Source: Candidatus Poribacteria bacterium
Lineage (GTDB): Bacteria > Poribacteria > WGA-4E > PCPOR2b
Direction: 5' to 3'
DNA: 64,000 bases
Assembly: GCA_965208675.1 (NCBI GenBank)
Contig: OZ242351.1
Coordinates: 1,440,001 to 1,504,000, forward strand
Below are positions 9,686 to 21,689 of this stretch, piece after piece. The first letter of the stretch is position 1, and each line of letters opens with the position of its first letter. The notes under the pieces are model-generated. The model saw nothing but the letters and a program-made list of their open reading frames with translations, had not been told where the DNA came from and ran no database searches. The position numbers and the translations under genes were made by a program.

Positions 9686-10222
9686 ATGACCACGGGCGTA
9701 CACGCATCCGATGACACAGACGGCTTTAAGTCAAAGGCAACGTATTGCCTGAAATGCGCAGGCCGGCTTGAGGACCGAATCATAGAAGACAAAGCGCGCC
9801 GATCATGTACGGCATGTGATTTCGTTTTCTACCAAGACCCGAAGCCCGTCGCGGGCGTCCTTGCCGTGAGAGATGGAAATTTGTTACTCATTCAACGCGG
9901 CAATGAGCCGAAGCGCGGCCTCTGGAGTTTTCCGACAGGTTACATTGACGTTGGTGATTCTCCCGAAGAAACGGCAATCCGGGAGGCAAAGGAAGAGGCA
10001 AACGTTGAGGTACGACTCAATAGCTTACTCGGGGTGTATTCCGATAAGCGGCGCACAGTCGTTCTTGTCATCTATACCGGCACTATTGCTTCGGGGAACC
10101 CCGCGGCTGGTGCAGAGGCATTAGACGCACGGTTATTTGATCTTCATGATTTGCCAAAACTAGCGTTCGACCACGACTACGACATCTTGGCGGATTTATT
10201 TTCAAAACACTCCAAGGCATAA
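9686..10222 (+). CDS. NUDIX hydrolase with N-terminal zinc ribbon
   Basis: CxxC...CxxC, then the G.5E.7REAKEE Nudix box and LAFDH. Confidence 0.9.
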   Translation: MTTGVHASDDTDGFKSKATYCLKCAGRLEDRIIEDKARRSCTACDFVFYQDPKPVAGVLAVRDGNLLLIQRGNEPKRGLWSFPTGYIDVGDSPEETAIREAKEEANVEVRLNSLLGVYSDKRRTVVLVIYTGTIASGNPAAGAEALDARLFDLHDLPKLAFDHDYDILADLFSKHSKA

Positions 10223-10345
10223 TAGAACAAAAATTGTGGACGAGTGTAAGTAAACTCTACGCGAGGGAAAAAAATCGGCGCCATCTCCGGTGAATTGAAA
10301 CACGAGGCGACCCAAATCGCTAATTTCAACTGATAGGGAGGATAC

Positions 10346-11707
10346 ATGGCACATTCAATCCTGGAACGGTATCAGAAGGAATTTTCAAAAGACAGAGAAT
10401 TAGCGCAACGTGCACACCACACTTTTCCGGACGGTGTTACGCATGACAGCCGATATGTGGACCCGTTCCCGGTCTACATCGATCATGCGCAAGGGTCGAA
10501 GAAATGGGGAATTGGCGGGAAGGAATTTATCGATTATTGGGCGGGGCACGGCGCCCTCTTGTGGGGACATAATCATCCCGACATTGTCGCGGCAGTCACC
10601 CGACAGATGCAACGGGGTACGCATTACGGTGCTAGCCATCCGCTCGAACTGGAGTGGGCGAGTTTAGTGATGGAGTTGATTCCTTCAGCGGAACGGGTAC
10701 GATTCGTCAGTTCCGGAACGGAGGCGACCCTGATGGCGATTCGACTTGCCCGCACATTTACCGGCAAGAGCAAGTTGTTGAAATTTGCGGGACATTTCCA
10801 CGGCTGGCACGATGCCGTCATATTGGCGGCAAACCCGCCTTTTGAGGCGCCTGTTGCAGGAATACCGCAAGGCATCATGGATACAACAGTGATTTGTCCA
10901 CCGAATGATATTGACGCAGTCGAGGGTTATTTGAAAAGTGATTCAGATATTGCTTGCGTCATATTGGAGCCGACCGGCGGCTCCTTCGGCGCAATTCCAA
11001 CAGGCGCGGCATTTCTTCAACAGTTACGCGCACTGACCCGTGATTACGGTGTGCTGTTAATCTTTGACGAAGTAATTACCGGTTTTAGGGTTTCTCCGGG
11101 CGGCGCTCAACAGTATTACAATATCACGCCGGATTTGACAACGCTCGCCAAGATTTTAGCCGGCGGTCTTCCCGGCGGTGCGGTTGTTGGAAAGCGGGAG
11201 ATTATTAATCTTATCTCAATTAAAGAAGAAAGGATTGCGAAGCGCGGCAAGAAAATGCCCCATCCGGGCACCTTTAACGCCAATCCGCTTTCTGCGTCGG
11301 CAGGCACCGCCATGCTGAGAGCCGCTCGGACGGGCGTCCCGCAAAAACAGGTTAACCGCACCGCGGCGATATTAAGGAATGGCTTGAACGAAATTATTGA
11401 TCGGCACCGTCTTGATTGGGCAGTTTACGGCGAGTTTTCAGAAATCAGATTTCTCGCCGGACACGGCGTTCGTGAAATGCGTACTGCAGATTTCAATCCT
11501 AGCGATTGGGATTTCCGCACTCTTAAAGAGGGCGGCAATCAAGTATTACTCATGAACCTGCGATGCGGTTTGCTGCTCAACGGGGTTGACATTGCCGAAT
11601 CGGGAGGCATGACGATGGTATCCCACACAGAATCAGACATCCAAAAAACATGCGCAGCGTTCAATCAGACCGTTGAATGGATGAAGGCAGACGGGCTTTT
11701 GGATTAA
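10346..11707 (+). CDS. Class III PLP aminotransferase (glutamate-1-semialdehyde aminomutase-like)
   Basis: SGTEAT, FHGWHD, FDEVITGFR, AKILAGGLP and GTFNANP motifs. Confidence 0.88.
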   Translation: MAHSILERYQKEFSKDRELAQRAHHTFPDGVTHDSRYVDPFPVYIDHAQGSKKWGIGGKEFIDYWAGHGALLWGHNHPDIVAAVTRQMQRGTHYGASHPLELEWASLVMELIPSAERVRFVSSGTEATLMAIRLARTFTGKSKLLKFAGHFHGWHDAVILAANPPFEAPVAGIPQGIMDTTVICPPNDIDAVEGYLKSDSDIACVILEPTGGSFGAIPTGAAFLQQLRALTRDYGVLLIFDEVITGFRVSPGGAQQYYNITPDLTTLAKILAGGLPGGAVVGKREIINLISIKEERIAKRGKKMPHPGTFNANPLSASAGTAMLRAARTGVPQKQVNRTAAILRNGLNEIIDRHRLDWAVYGEFSEIRFLAGHGVREMRTADFNPSDWDFRTLKEGGNQVLLMNLRCGLLLNGVDIAESGGMTMVSHTESDIQKTCAAFNQTVEWMKADGLLD

Positions 11708-11784
11708 GATTGCAGATATTGAGGATTGGCTGCTTAGGGAGGCCTCGAATTGCAATTGACCTGTGCAAAAATTAGGAGATTTAG

Positions 11785-13425
11785 ATGAAAGGAATTGATG
11801 CAGTTGCAAAAGTATTGAAAATTGAAGGCGTTGAATATCTGTTCTGTTTTCCGGCGAACACGCTCATCGACGCTTCGGCGAAGATTGGGATTCGACCGAT
11901 TATGGCGCGTACGGAGCGAACCCTAATCAACATGGCGGATGGATTTAGCCGCATATCCAACGGCGAACGCATCGGCGTTGCCGTGGTACAGCGAGGGCCG
12001 GGAAGCGAAAACGCTTTCGGCGGGGTAGCGCAAGCGTACTCTGATTCCGTTCCAATTCTGGTGCTTCCCGGCGGACTCAGCCGGCGGAGTCTCGGCATTC
12101 CCACCAATTTTGAGGCGGTAAGGAATTATACGGGCGTGACCAAGTGGGTCGCCCAAGTTAATCTTGCGGACCGCATACCGGAAATGATGCGACGGGCGTT
12201 CAGTTTGCTACGGATGGGACACCCGGGACCTGTGATGCTTGAAACGCTTCAAGATGTAGAGGATGAGGAAATTGACGATGATTTCGCCTACTCATCCCCG
12301 AAGCCCGTCAAACCAGCCGGAGATTTACAGGATATTGAAGGAGCGGTCAAAGCGCTACTGGCTGCGGAGCACCCTATGCTGCATGTAGGGCAGGGCGCCC
12401 TCTACGCAGACGCGTCGGAAGAGTTGATGAAATTCGCTGAAATGTTACAGGTGCCGGTGATGACAACGATGGCAGGGAAGAGTGTGTTTCCGGAAAATCA
12501 TCCCTTGTCAATCGGCGCGAGCGGCTACAGCGGCACGGGTATGGTCAAGCACTTTTTGAATAAAGCCGATCTCGTATTTGGGATTGGGTGCAGCTTTTCA
12601 AAGTCCATTATGGCAACACCGATTCCTAGCGGCAAGGTGCTGGTTCAGAATTCAATCGATGAACTCGACATTAACAAGGATTACGCTGCCGACCACGCCA
12701 TTCTCGGCGACTCCAAGATTGTATTGAATCAACTTATCGAAGAAGCAAAAAAACAACTAGGAGACGAGGCGCCGCGGGATAGAAAAGAGGTCGTAGATGA
12801 GATTAAAACGGTGAAGGCAAATTGGTTGTCAGAGTGGATGCCGAAGCTAACGTCGGACGAAATTCCAATCAATCCGTATCGCGTCATCTGGGACTTAATG
12901 CACGCTGTGGATAGAACACAGACGATCGCCACGCATGATTCCGGAAATCCACGTGATCAGATGCTCCCCTTTTACGAAACGATTGCCCCGCGCAGCTACA
13001 TTGGCTGGGGGAAGTCCACACAGTTGGGATACGGGTTGGGGTTAACAATGGGCGCAAAACTAGCGGCGCCAGAAAAACTTGCCCTCAATGTCATGGGCGA
13101 TGCGGCGTTTGGCATGGCCGGGCTGGATTTTGAAACAGCGGCACGAGAACGCATTCCTATCCTTACAATTCTCCTCAACAACTCTGCACTCGGCGGCTAT
13201 GAGAAACACATGCCGGTCGCGACAGAACGCTACGGTACGAAATTCCTCACCGGGGACTATGCGAAGGTGGCCGAAGGCTTAGGCGGTTATAGCGAAAAGG
13301 TAGAAAGCCCCGCCGAAATAATCCCGGCTATCCATCGCTGCCAGAAAGCGATTGAAGACGGCAAACCCGCGCTACTCGAAATTATTACGTGTGAAGAAGG
13401 CATCGTGTTTTCGAGAGGTTTTTGA
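11785..13425 (+). CDS. Thiamine pyrophosphate-dependent enzyme (acetolactate synthase-like family)
   Basis: MADGFSR, GDAAFGM...LNN TPP-binding motif. Confidence 0.88.
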   Translation: MKGIDAVAKVLKIEGVEYLFCFPANTLIDASAKIGIRPIMARTERTLINMADGFSRISNGERIGVAVVQRGPGSENAFGGVAQAYSDSVPILVLPGGLSRRSLGIPTNFEAVRNYTGVTKWVAQVNLADRIPEMMRRAFSLLRMGHPGPVMLETLQDVEDEEIDDDFAYSSPKPVKPAGDLQDIEGAVKALLAAEHPMLHVGQGALYADASEELMKFAEMLQVPVMTTMAGKSVFPENHPLSIGASGYSGTGMVKHFLNKADLVFGIGCSFSKSIMATPIPSGKVLVQNSIDELDINKDYAADHAILGDSKIVLNQLIEEAKKQLGDEAPRDRKEVVDEIKTVKANWLSEWMPKLTSDEIPINPYRVIWDLMHAVDRTQTIATHDSGNPRDQMLPFYETIAPRSYIGWGKSTQLGYGLGLTMGAKLAAPEKLALNVMGDAAFGMAGLDFETAARERIPILTILLNNSALGGYEKHMPVATERYGTKFLTGDYAKVAEGLGGYSEKVESPAEIIPAIHRCQKAIEDGKPALLEIITCEEGIVFSRGF

Positions 13426-13491
13426 AGTCCAGTGGCGGAAACAGGTCTTGCGCTCAAACCCAGAAGAATTCCGGATTACGGCTTTTAGTCT

Positions 13492-14244
13492 TTGGTTGAC
13501 TCACAGCCCGAACCGACTATGTTGACATCCCAAACCCCTCCCGAGGCAAGTCCTCCAACAGCACTCGTGCGCCTAGGTTGCTTGAGCAAAGTTTACAAAG
13601 AAGGCAACCTACGCCGAACAGTGATAGATGAGCTGAGCGGCGCATTATACGAAGGCGAGTTTGTCTGCCTTTTGGGGAAATCAGGCAGTGGGAAAAGCAC
13701 GTTACTAAACCTCATCTCCGGAATTGATACACCCAGCAGCGGACATGTATTCATACGGCATGGCAATCGTGAAATCGCCATCACCGGACTGACCGAATAC
13801 CAGCGAACCCGTTTCCGACGTTGCCACATCGGCATTGTTTTCCAGTTTTTTAATCTCATTCCAACGCTCACCACGTTTGAAAATGTAAAATTACCGCTAG
13901 AACTTGCCGGCCTAACTACGCGCAACGCACTCGCCCGTGCGCGCGCTCTGCTTAAGCAAGTTGGGTTAGGGAACCGCCTCAATACTTATCCAGACAAGCT
14001 GAGCGGAGGGGAACAACAGCGGGTAGCCATCGCGCGTGCTCTCATTCATAATCCTCTGCTGCTGTTAGCCGATGAGCCGACGGGGAATCTAGACGCAGAA
14101 TCCAGCGAAACCGTTCTATCTCTATTGCTTGAGATGAGCGTCAAAGCAAATAAGATGTTGCTGATTGCCACGCATGCGCCGGAAATAGCGCAGCGTGCAG
14201 ACCGGGTTTTACATATTCAAAACGGAAAGCTCGTGGGCGATTAA
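13492..14244 (+). CDS. ABC transporter ATP-binding protein (LolD/MacB type)
   Basis: [17 protein letters not shown] and [10 protein letters not shown]. The start may be the ATG at 13519. Confidence 0.92.
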   Translation: MVDSQPEPTMLTSQTPPEASPPTALVRLGCLSKVYKEGNLRRTVIDELSGALYEGEFVCLLGKSGSGKSTLLNLISGIDTPSSGHVFIRHGNREIAITGLTEYQRTRFRRCHIGIVFQFFNLIPTLTTFENVKLPLELAGLTTRNALARARALLKQVGLGNRLNTYPDKLSGGEQQRVAIARALIHNPLLLLADEPTGNLDAESSETVLSLLLEMSVKANKMLLIATHAPEIAQRADRVLHIQNGKLVGD

Positions 14245-14375
14245 AATTGGAGAACACCCCGCCCAAATCTCTGACGCATTAACACACCCCAAGCGTAAGT
14301 CGGAATAGACAAAAAAGCTAGGTAAGTTCTTTTGGCATTTGGCAAATCGAATCCATCTTCATGCCGCGAATTTCT

Positions 14376-14401
14376 GGGCAGGCACAAGACCTGCCCCTAC
14401 A
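14376..14401. repeat. GTAG-family REP-like hairpin
   Basis: GGGCAGG-cacaaga-CCTGCCC-CTACA. Confidence 0.65.
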
Positions 14402-14550
14402 AATCCTGGTAGTCAGACGTTTCCCCCGATTTGGGTTTCTAGCGAATCAAACGGCCGTATGTTGCATTAGCAACACCAATACGTCAATACGCCTTAATGA
14501 CTGCAAAAGGGAAAGGGACAGCATACATCGCATTTTCCGCAAGTTGACTG

Positions 14551-17283
14551 ATGGAAATCGACAGAAATAGACGCCGTATTGGGATTGTTGACACGTTGTT
14601 CCACTTGGCACTGGGACACGCTTGGCGGCGCCCTCTTCAGAGTGCTTTTCTAATCATCGGAGTTGCATTGGGGGTAGGGATTATTGTTGCGATGGATCTC
14701 GCTAACAATGCGGCAAATCGTGCTTTCACCCTGAGCACTGAAGCTGTAGCCGGTAAAGCCACACATCAGATTGTCGGCGGACCTAATGGGCTGAACGACG
14801 AGGTTTATGTTGCGCTGCGGCGTCAGTTGGGCTATCGGCTTAGTGCACCGGCCGTAACAGCATACGTCACAGTCGACGAACTGGATGCGCAACCGATGCA
14901 ACTGTTTGGGGTGGACAGTTTTGCCGAATCTCCGTTTCGAAGTTATCTGGTCGATGAGCATATTGGTTTTGGAGACACTGAAACGCTCAAGGCTTTTGTG
15001 ACTCAACCGCGAACGGTTTTGATGAGCGCGGAAACCGCTCTCCGCTACAACTTGGTAAAAGGGGACAAACTCCATGTGCAAGTTGGCAGCCGGAATACTG
15101 CGCTGGAGATTATCGGTCTGCTACGCCCAGCGGAGGAACGAAGTCGGCGTGCCCTGGACGGCCTGCTAATTGCGGACATTGCGACTGCGCAAGAAGTTTT
15201 GGGCAAGACTGGTATGCTGGATCGAATCGACTTAATTGTCCCTGACGGCGATGCAGGCACAGCAGTTCTCAAAAAAATCGCTGCAATCCTCCCGCCCGGC
15301 GCCCGTATTGAGAGACCTGATGCACGCAGCGAGTCGGTCTCGGAAATGACCTCCGCATTCCAACTAAATCTCACCGCTCTCAGTCTACTAGCTTTGCTGG
15401 TTGGCGTATTCCTGATTTATAATACCGTCGCCTTCAGTGTCGTCCAGCGCCGCCCTGTTTTGGGCAGTCTGCGTGCTTTGGGCATGACTCGAGGCGAGAT
15501 TTTCACGATTGTTCTGATTGAGGCGGGTGTGCTTAGCATTATTGGAACTTTAATAGGCATCGGATTAGGGATACTCTTGAGCCGCGGCGCCGTGCAACTG
15601 GTTACACAGACGCTTAACGACATCTTTTTCGTGGTCACTGTACGTCAGATTGATGTCCCGCTACACACGCTCGTCAAAGGTGTTGTGAGCGGCATCGGTG
15701 CGGCATTAACAGGGGCGATGCTACCAGCTTACGAAGCGTCCCGTGTACCCCCCGCTGGAGCTATACGCCGCAGCAACATTGAAGAACGGACTTCCGCCGT
15801 TTTGCCGTGGGTCTGCGGGGCAGGGGTAGGTGTGCTACTGTTGGGCGTGTTTCTGCTCATTCCAGAATGGGATTTGAGTGTTACGCTTGCCGGCGTATTT
15901 GCCGTAATTATCGGCATCGCACTACTTGCACCGATAATGACCTTAGGACTGATGCGTGTCATCGAATTCGTTAACCGCGCGATAGTTTCAATACGACTTC
16001 CCGATACAACGCAAACCACCACGCCTCGCATTTCCTTACCGGATACCAATAACGGTGAAGGCGATTTACCCAAGCCGAACGCCAATACACAATCCATCAT
16101 TTTCGAGTCCTCGAAGGAATCGCGTTTTACGCTTCATGCCTTGGCGCGTATGGCGACCCGAAACATCAAACGTTCGCTAAGCCGCACCTCAGTCGCCATT
16201 GGCGCTTTGATGGTCGCGGTCAGCACGATAATTGGCGTAAGCGTGATGATTAGCAGTTTCCGCCTGACGGTAGATCGGTGGCTGACAGATTTGCTACAGG
16301 CAGATATTTTTGTTTCTCCGCCGGCGCTAGGCCGTACGGCAGCGCCGCTTGATCCAGCGGCGGCAAAGAAGTTGGCATCGTTCCCCGGTGTGGCTCAATT
16401 TGCTACGAGCCGCGTTGTGGACGTACCCACGCGTGAATTTGGCGTAATCCAACTGGTTGCAGTTAATATGGACATTGCCGGCGCCAAACGACACTACAAA
16501 ACCGCTGTGGGGAATCATGAGGCTACATGGCATGCGTTGGAAGCCGGAGGACTTATTGTTAACGAGCCGATGGCGAATCGGTTTGATTTGGGTGTGGACG
16601 ATGAAATTACATTGTTCACGGATTACGGCGAACAGCGATTCCCAATTGTGGCTGTTGACTTTGATTTTGATGTCCAACACCGGGCGTTGGTACACGATTC
16701 CATCTACCGCAAATTTTGGACGGATACCCACCTATCCTCTGTAGCGCTCTTTGTGGAACCCGATGTCGAAATTGACGCCAAGATTGATGCTTTGAGAAAG
16801 ACGTTTTCCGGCAGCCTTAACTTGACGATTCAATCTAACCGCCGGCTTCGAGAAAACAGCCTTGCAATTTTCGATCGAGCATTCAGCACGACAGCAGCGT
16901 TGCAAATGCTTGCCACGGTGGTGGCGTTTATTGGTGTTCTCAGCACGTTGATGAGTCTGCAACTTGAGCGCAGCCACGAAATCGGCACATTGCGAGCCAT
17001 CGGCATGACACGGCAACAGTTGTGGAAATTGACCTTTTTCGAAACAGGACTGATCGGAGGCAGTGCGGGGCTGATTGCTATACCGACGGGGATTATTTTG
17101 AGCGTGATTCTTATCTATGTTATCAACCTCCGTTCGTTTGGTTGGACGCTTCAGATGCAACTTCAGGCGGTACAATTCATTCAGGCGTTCGCGGTTGCGG
17201 TAGCTGCCGCGCTGCTGGCAGGCATTTACCCGGCGTGGCGATTAGGAAGAACACCGCCTGCTGATGCATTACGTATGGAGTAA
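14551..17283 (+). CDS. FtsX/MacB-family ABC permease (duplicated architecture)
   Basis: Two periplasmic-plus-TM repeats, each with an R..G.LRA.GMTR motif. Confidence 0.9.
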   Translation: MEIDRNRRRIGIVDTLFHLALGHAWRRPLQSAFLIIGVALGVGIIVAMDLANNAANRAFTLSTEAVAGKATHQIVGGPNGLNDEVYVALRRQLGYRLSAPAVTAYVTVDELDAQPMQLFGVDSFAESPFRSYLVDEHIGFGDTETLKAFVTQPRTVLMSAETALRYNLVKGDKLHVQVGSRNTALEIIGLLRPAEERSRRALDGLLIADIATAQEVLGKTGMLDRIDLIVPDGDAGTAVLKKIAAILPPGARIERPDARSESVSEMTSAFQLNLTALSLLALLVGVFLIYNTVAFSVVQRRPVLGSLRALGMTRGEIFTIVLIEAGVLSIIGTLIGIGLGILLSRGAVQLVTQTLNDIFFVVTVRQIDVPLHTLVKGVVSGIGAALTGAMLPAYEASRVPPAGAIRRSNIEERTSAVLPWVCGAGVGVLLLGVFLLIPEWDLSVTLAGVFAVIIGIALLAPIMTLGLMRVIEFVNRAIVSIRLPDTTQTTTPRISLPDTNNGEGDLPKPNANTQSIIFESSKESRFTLHALARMATRNIKRSLSRTSVAIGALMVAVSTIIGVSVMISSFRLTVDRWLTDLLQADIFVSPPALGRTAAPLDPAAAKKLASFPGVAQFATSRVVDVPTREFGVIQLVAVNMDIAGAKRHYKTAVGNHEATWHALEAGGLIVNEPMANRFDLGVDDEITLFTDYGEQRFPIVAVDFDFDVQHRALVHDSIYRKFWTDTHLSSVALFVEPDVEIDAKIDALRKTFSGSLNLTIQSNRRLRENSLAIFDRAFSTTAALQMLATVVAFIGVLSTLMSLQLERSHEIGTLRAIGMTRQQLWKLTFFETGLIGGSAGLIAIPTGIILSVILIYVINLRSFGWTLQMQLQAVQFIQAFAVAVAAALLAGIYPAWRLGRTPPADALRME

Positions 17284-17497
17284 TAACGCCTAATGCCTGA
17301 GTCCGAACCGCATGATGTCTAGCAAAAATTAAGGCGCCATAAACGAACCGAAGGCAGCAACAGTCTAATCTTTGCAGAACAGCGCTATTGGTGCAACTTC
17401 GATGATTGCTTGACACCGTTAGAAAAAACGTGATAAAATTCGTTGATTTTCATGCACATAATTTTATTGACAATAACAATCTCGCTTCAGTGTAGGA

Positions 17498-18748
17498 GTG
17501 AATACCATGAAAAAATTCGTCATTCTCGAAATCGTCGTCATCATCACTTTTGTGATTGGAGTTTTCGTCGGGTATCTGTGGTTCAAACCGGACGATAGTT
17601 ATCAAAATTACTATAAAAGAGCCGACGCAGCATGGACAGAAGCTGAGAAATTGAATACGCCGCCCGTTACACTGGACGACCCTGATGTGGACCGTATCCG
17701 GAAGGTCAGAGCCGCATATCGGACCGTTTTTGATGATTACCCGGATAGCCGTTGGGCGGATGATGCGATGTACCACATGGCGGCGGAGATTGCACGAACT
17801 GACGAAGAGGCGTTCGTTCTCTACCGGCGTCTCATTAACGACTATTCGCACAGCGAATGGGCAGATGACTCGTTATACCTAATCGCCATGGGCTCGTATC
17901 GAACTGCGGAGAGTATTCGAACGGGAGGTAAGTCAGGTTCTGCAGACCTGCATTATGAACGCGCCTATGCCCTATTCTCGCAACTGATACGAGAATATCC
18001 CGGCAGCACGCTTGTCGATGAATCTCGTCTGAATTTAGAATTGTGCCATTACGGAAAAGGCAACTTAGAGCTGGCACTTGAAGGGCTCCGAAGAATAATA
18101 GAGGACTTTAGAGATAATTACGATCTCTACATCAGGATTGAATATCGGATTGGACACATATACACTGAAAAGCAAGATTACGACAACGCCCGAAAATATT
18201 TCGAAAGAGTCGTGTTGTCCGCGCATACGGAATTGTCGCCGCTTGCGAAGTTTGGCATCGCTCAAACGCAGTTTGCGGAAAAGAGATTTGAGGACGCAAT
18301 CAAGACATATCAAGATGTCATTGACTCCTACCCTGAATCAGAATCTGCTGAAGATGCCCATTTTTACATCGGTTGGGCTTTTGACAAGTTAGATAAGTAT
18401 GACGAAGCCATTATCCAGCTTGAGACAGCGATTGAGAAATATCCGCACAATGAGGCTACCCAGAACAACCAATTTTATGTGGCTCAGATTTATTTCAAAA
18501 AGAATGATGCAGATGGGGCAATTCAGGCGTACCGGAAGGTTGCTGACAACACCACCTTTGATTACGATGCGAGACGATCTGCACAATATTGGATTGGTTG
18601 GATTTATGAAGATACGGACGATGTTAATCAAGCTGTGATGGAGTATAAAAAACTGCTAAAGAACTTCCTAGAACCTCACCGCGTTGCGCGTCACCCATCG
18701 AATAACATCAGTGAGAACTATATCAAAGACTTGGAATCGCGCGAGTAG
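17498..18748 (+). CDS. Membrane-anchored TPR repeat protein (BamD/YfiO/CpoB-like repeats)
   Basis: N-terminal TM helix and repeated YP.S..ADDA.Y..G TPR units. Confidence 0.85.
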   Translation: MNTMKKFVILEIVVIITFVIGVFVGYLWFKPDDSYQNYYKRADAAWTEAEKLNTPPVTLDDPDVDRIRKVRAAYRTVFDDYPDSRWADDAMYHMAAEIARTDEEAFVLYRRLINDYSHSEWADDSLYLIAMGSYRTAESIRTGGKSGSADLHYERAYALFSQLIREYPGSTLVDESRLNLELCHYGKGNLELALEGLRRIIEDFRDNYDLYIRIEYRIGHIYTEKQDYDNARKYFERVVLSAHTELSPLAKFGIAQTQFAEKRFEDAIKTYQDVIDSYPESESAEDAHFYIGWAFDKLDKYDEAIIQLETAIEKYPHNEATQNNQFYVAQIYFKKNDADGAIQAYRKVADNTTFDYDARRSAQYWIGWIYEDTDDVNQAVMEYKKLLKNFLEPHRVARHPSNNISENYIKDLESRE

Positions 18749-18908
18749 TGATTTTGCAAATACCTAGATTCATCTTGACCTTAAACTGGAAAACTGATAA
18801 GATTGAAAATCAGCACCGAATATTGTCCATGCGGACCACCGGAATACATTGGTTACCGACCGTTATGTCAACAGAAGTGAGCATACGAAAACAGCTAAAG
18901 GGGGCGCT

Positions 18909-20534
18909 ATGCGAAAACTCCGAATCGGGATTATCGACCTTGTGACAAAAGGTCCGACGAAAGCGTTGTGGGGGCGTGTGATGCACGCCAATTTTGCCAG
19001 CATTATGCCGCAAGTTATCGGCGCATGGTGCGAAGAAGAGGGGCACGATGTCACACTTGTATGCTATACGGGTTTTGAGAACCTTACGGAGGAGTTGCCA
19101 CAGGATGTTGATTTGGTCTTTATCGGTGCGTTTTCACAGGCTGGACAATTGGCGTATGCGTTAAGCAACTTGTTTCGGTCAAAAGGCGCTGTCACTGTAC
19201 TCGGAGGGCCCCACGCTCGTTGTTACCCGCAGGATGCACAAAAGTATTTTGACTACGTCCTCGGTTTCACTGATAAAGCATTGATTCATGATGTCCTGCG
19301 CGACTGTTCGCAGCACCGACCCGTCGGCGTGCACATCGCAGCCAAGCAGCAGCCAAGAACGCTACCGGGAGTCCGCGAACGATGGAAGTTTATCGAACAG
19401 ACGCTCCACAAAGCGCCGCTCATCAAGATTGTACCAATGATCGGCAGCCTCGGTTGTCCCTACACGTGTAGTTTCTGTATTGATTCGGTCGTACCATATC
19501 AGCAATTGAGTTTTGATGTCATCAAGGATGATTTGCGGTTCCTGATGCGGAAGTTTAGGCGGCCGCGTGTCGGTTGGCACGATCCAAACTTTGGCGTACG
19601 GTTCAACGATTATATGGATGCCATTGAGGAAGCGGTGCCGCCCGACAGCATAGATTTCATCGCTGAGAGCAGTCTCGCTCTCTTGTCAGAGCCGCATTTG
19701 AAGCGGCTCAAATACAACGGATTCAAAGCTATCTTGCCCGGAATTGAGTCGTGGTACGATATGGGGAATAAGTCGAAGACCGGTAAAACGAAAGGCATTG
19801 ACAAAGTCCGCCAGGTATCCGATCACGTTAATACCATGTTACGGTATATCCCGTACGTGCAAACGAACTTCGTGTTTGGCCTTGACGTTGACGAAGGCGC
19901 GGCACCCTTTGAACTTACAAAGCGATTTTTGGATATGACTCCGGGCGCGTTTCCCGCCTATTCGCTGATTTCGTCGTTTGGACAGGCTGCGCCGCTCAAT
20001 CTCGAATACCAGCGATCCAATCGTGTATTACCCTTCCCATTCCACTTCTTGAACAACAATCACGCGATGAACGTCAGGCCGAAGCACTATGTTTGGCCGG
20101 ATTTTTATGATCAGGTGGTCGATGTGAGCAAGCATTCGTTTTCACGCCATGCAATAATTAACCGTTATCGTGTAATTAAGGATACCATCCCGCGATGGTT
20201 GAACGTTGTCAGGGCTGTATCTTCAGAAGGATTTGGCCGAATTAAGTACTTCACGGAGGTGCGCCAACGGCTAGACGCAGATAAGCAGTTCCGATCCTAT
20301 TTCGAAGGCGAGACTACCGAACTTCCGCAGTTCTATGTAGATCGCGTACGCAAAGACCTTGGATCGCTGTGGGACTGGCTTCCGAAGGGGGGACTACATC
20401 ACGACCCCAACGCTTATCTTAAATCGGAGGTTATGCCGCTTCAAACGCCTTCTAACGTCAGAGATGCAATCCAAGCACACCATACCGCTTCCACGGACAT
20501 TAGCGGTGACGCCGCGAGCCTTGAAACCGCGTGA
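18909..20534 (+). CDS. B12-binding-domain radical SAM protein
   Basis: VLGGPHA motif, then GCPYTCSFC. Confidence 0.85.
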   Translation: MRKLRIGIIDLVTKGPTKALWGRVMHANFASIMPQVIGAWCEEEGHDVTLVCYTGFENLTEELPQDVDLVFIGAFSQAGQLAYALSNLFRSKGAVTVLGGPHARCYPQDAQKYFDYVLGFTDKALIHDVLRDCSQHRPVGVHIAAKQQPRTLPGVRERWKFIEQTLHKAPLIKIVPMIGSLGCPYTCSFCIDSVVPYQQLSFDVIKDDLRFLMRKFRRPRVGWHDPNFGVRFNDYMDAIEEAVPPDSIDFIAESSLALLSEPHLKRLKYNGFKAILPGIESWYDMGNKSKTGKTKGIDKVRQVSDHVNTMLRYIPYVQTNFVFGLDVDEGAAPFELTKRFLDMTPGAFPAYSLISSFGQAAPLNLEYQRSNRVLPFPFHFLNNNHAMNVRPKHYVWPDFYDQVVDVSKHSFSRHAIINRYRVIKDTIPRWLNVVRAVSSEGFGRIKYFTEVRQRLDADKQFRSYFEGETTELPQFYVDRVRKDLGSLWDWLPKGGLHHDPNAYLKSEVMPLQTPSNVRDAIQAHHTASTDISGDAASLETA

Positions 20535-20621
20535 GTTAACAGGTTAACCAAGAAGCGGCGCTGTATGTTGTAAAGGCACGCCAATTTCCGTACTGATGCA
20601 AGAATATGTGAACGCATCAGA

Positions 20622-21689
20622 TCAATCCACCCATGCAGTTTGGGGGTTCATGATATTGGGATCGTCATCCAGTGTGAATCTTTCAGCTTCGTTTGAATTC
20701 CAATCGTCATCACTGCTGCCTTCAAGTTCAAACCCCGCATCTTTTACCATCTGGTAAACTTTATTTTTCCGATCCCCCCGCGTTACGAGGTAACCATCGA
20801 CAAAAAGCGAGTTGGCTGGATAAAGCGCGATCGACTGGAGTCCACGTAGATGCCCTTCACGGCCGCCACCGATGCGAATCTCGGCAGTTGGATTGACGAA
20901 TCGGAACATACAGAGAATTCTCAAGCAGCGTTCCGGGGTCAACTGGTTGTAATCGTAGATTGGATTTCCGCCGATGGGGACTAGGAAATTGATTGGGATG
21001 GATGGGACTTTCATACGGCGAAGGGCATGAGCAACGTCCAGAATGTCTTCATCCGATTCGCCCATTCCAACTATCATACCGCTGCAGGTTTGCAAACCCG
21101 CCTCTATTGCCGCGTTTAGCGTATCGACCCGATCTTGGTAGGTGTGCGAACTGACAATGTTCGGCGTGTGTGTTTCGCTCGTATTCAGGTTGTGATTGAG
21201 ACGGTCCAACCCAGCCGCTTTGAGTATCTTCGCTTTTTCTAAATCGATAATTCCGACAGAAAGACAGGTTTTGATGCCAACTTCATGACTGATGCGCTTG
21301 ATAATATGAGCAAGTTGTTTCGTTCTTTTTTGGGTTGGCCCTCGACCACTGGACACCATGCAGTAGCGGTAGACTCCGCTCTCTTTAGCATCATGCGCCT
21401 CTTGAAGGATGTCATCTTCGCTTTTCATAGCGTACTGCTTAATTGGGGCTTTAGACACCTTAGATTGGCCGCAATACCCGCAATCTTCGGGACATAGTCC
21501 ATTTTGGATATTGTTGATTTTGTGAATTTTGACCTTTTTCCCGAAAGCGGCCATACGCACATCGCCCGCGGCGGCGGCCATGCGTAAAACATCGACACGC
21601 GGATCCGTCAGCATCGCCACCGTGTCCACCCGTGGGAATTCTGCGCCGCGAAGTGCCGTATTGGTCCATCTATCATAGTCAATGCTCAT
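20622..21689 (-). CDS. bioB: Biotin synthase
   Basis: CPEDCGYCGQS, NHNLNTS, CSGMIVGMGE, PINFL and GGRE motifs. Confidence 0.93.
   Translation of the reverse strand: MSIDYDRWTNTALRGAEFPRVDTVAMLTDPRVDVLRMAAAAGDVRMAAFGKKVKIHKINNIQNGLCPEDCGYCGQSKVSKAPIKQYAMKSEDDILQEAHDAKESGVYRYCMVSSGRGPTQKRTKQLAHIIKRISHEVGIKTCLSVGIIDLEKAKILKAAGLDRLNHNLNTSETHTPNIVSSHTYQDRVDTLNAAIEAGLQTCSGMIVGMGESDEDILDVAHALRRMKVPSIPINFLVPIGGNPIYDYNQLTPERCLRILCMFRFVNPTAEIRIGGGREGHLRGLQSIALYPANSLFVDGYLVTRGDRKNKVYQMVKDAGFELEGSSDDDWNSNEAERFTLDDDPNIMNPQTAWVD

Noticed and set aside
10346-11707. Naming the aminotransferase hemL
   Set aside because: Family motifs are present, but it looks like a divergent paralogue with no tetrapyrrole gene context.
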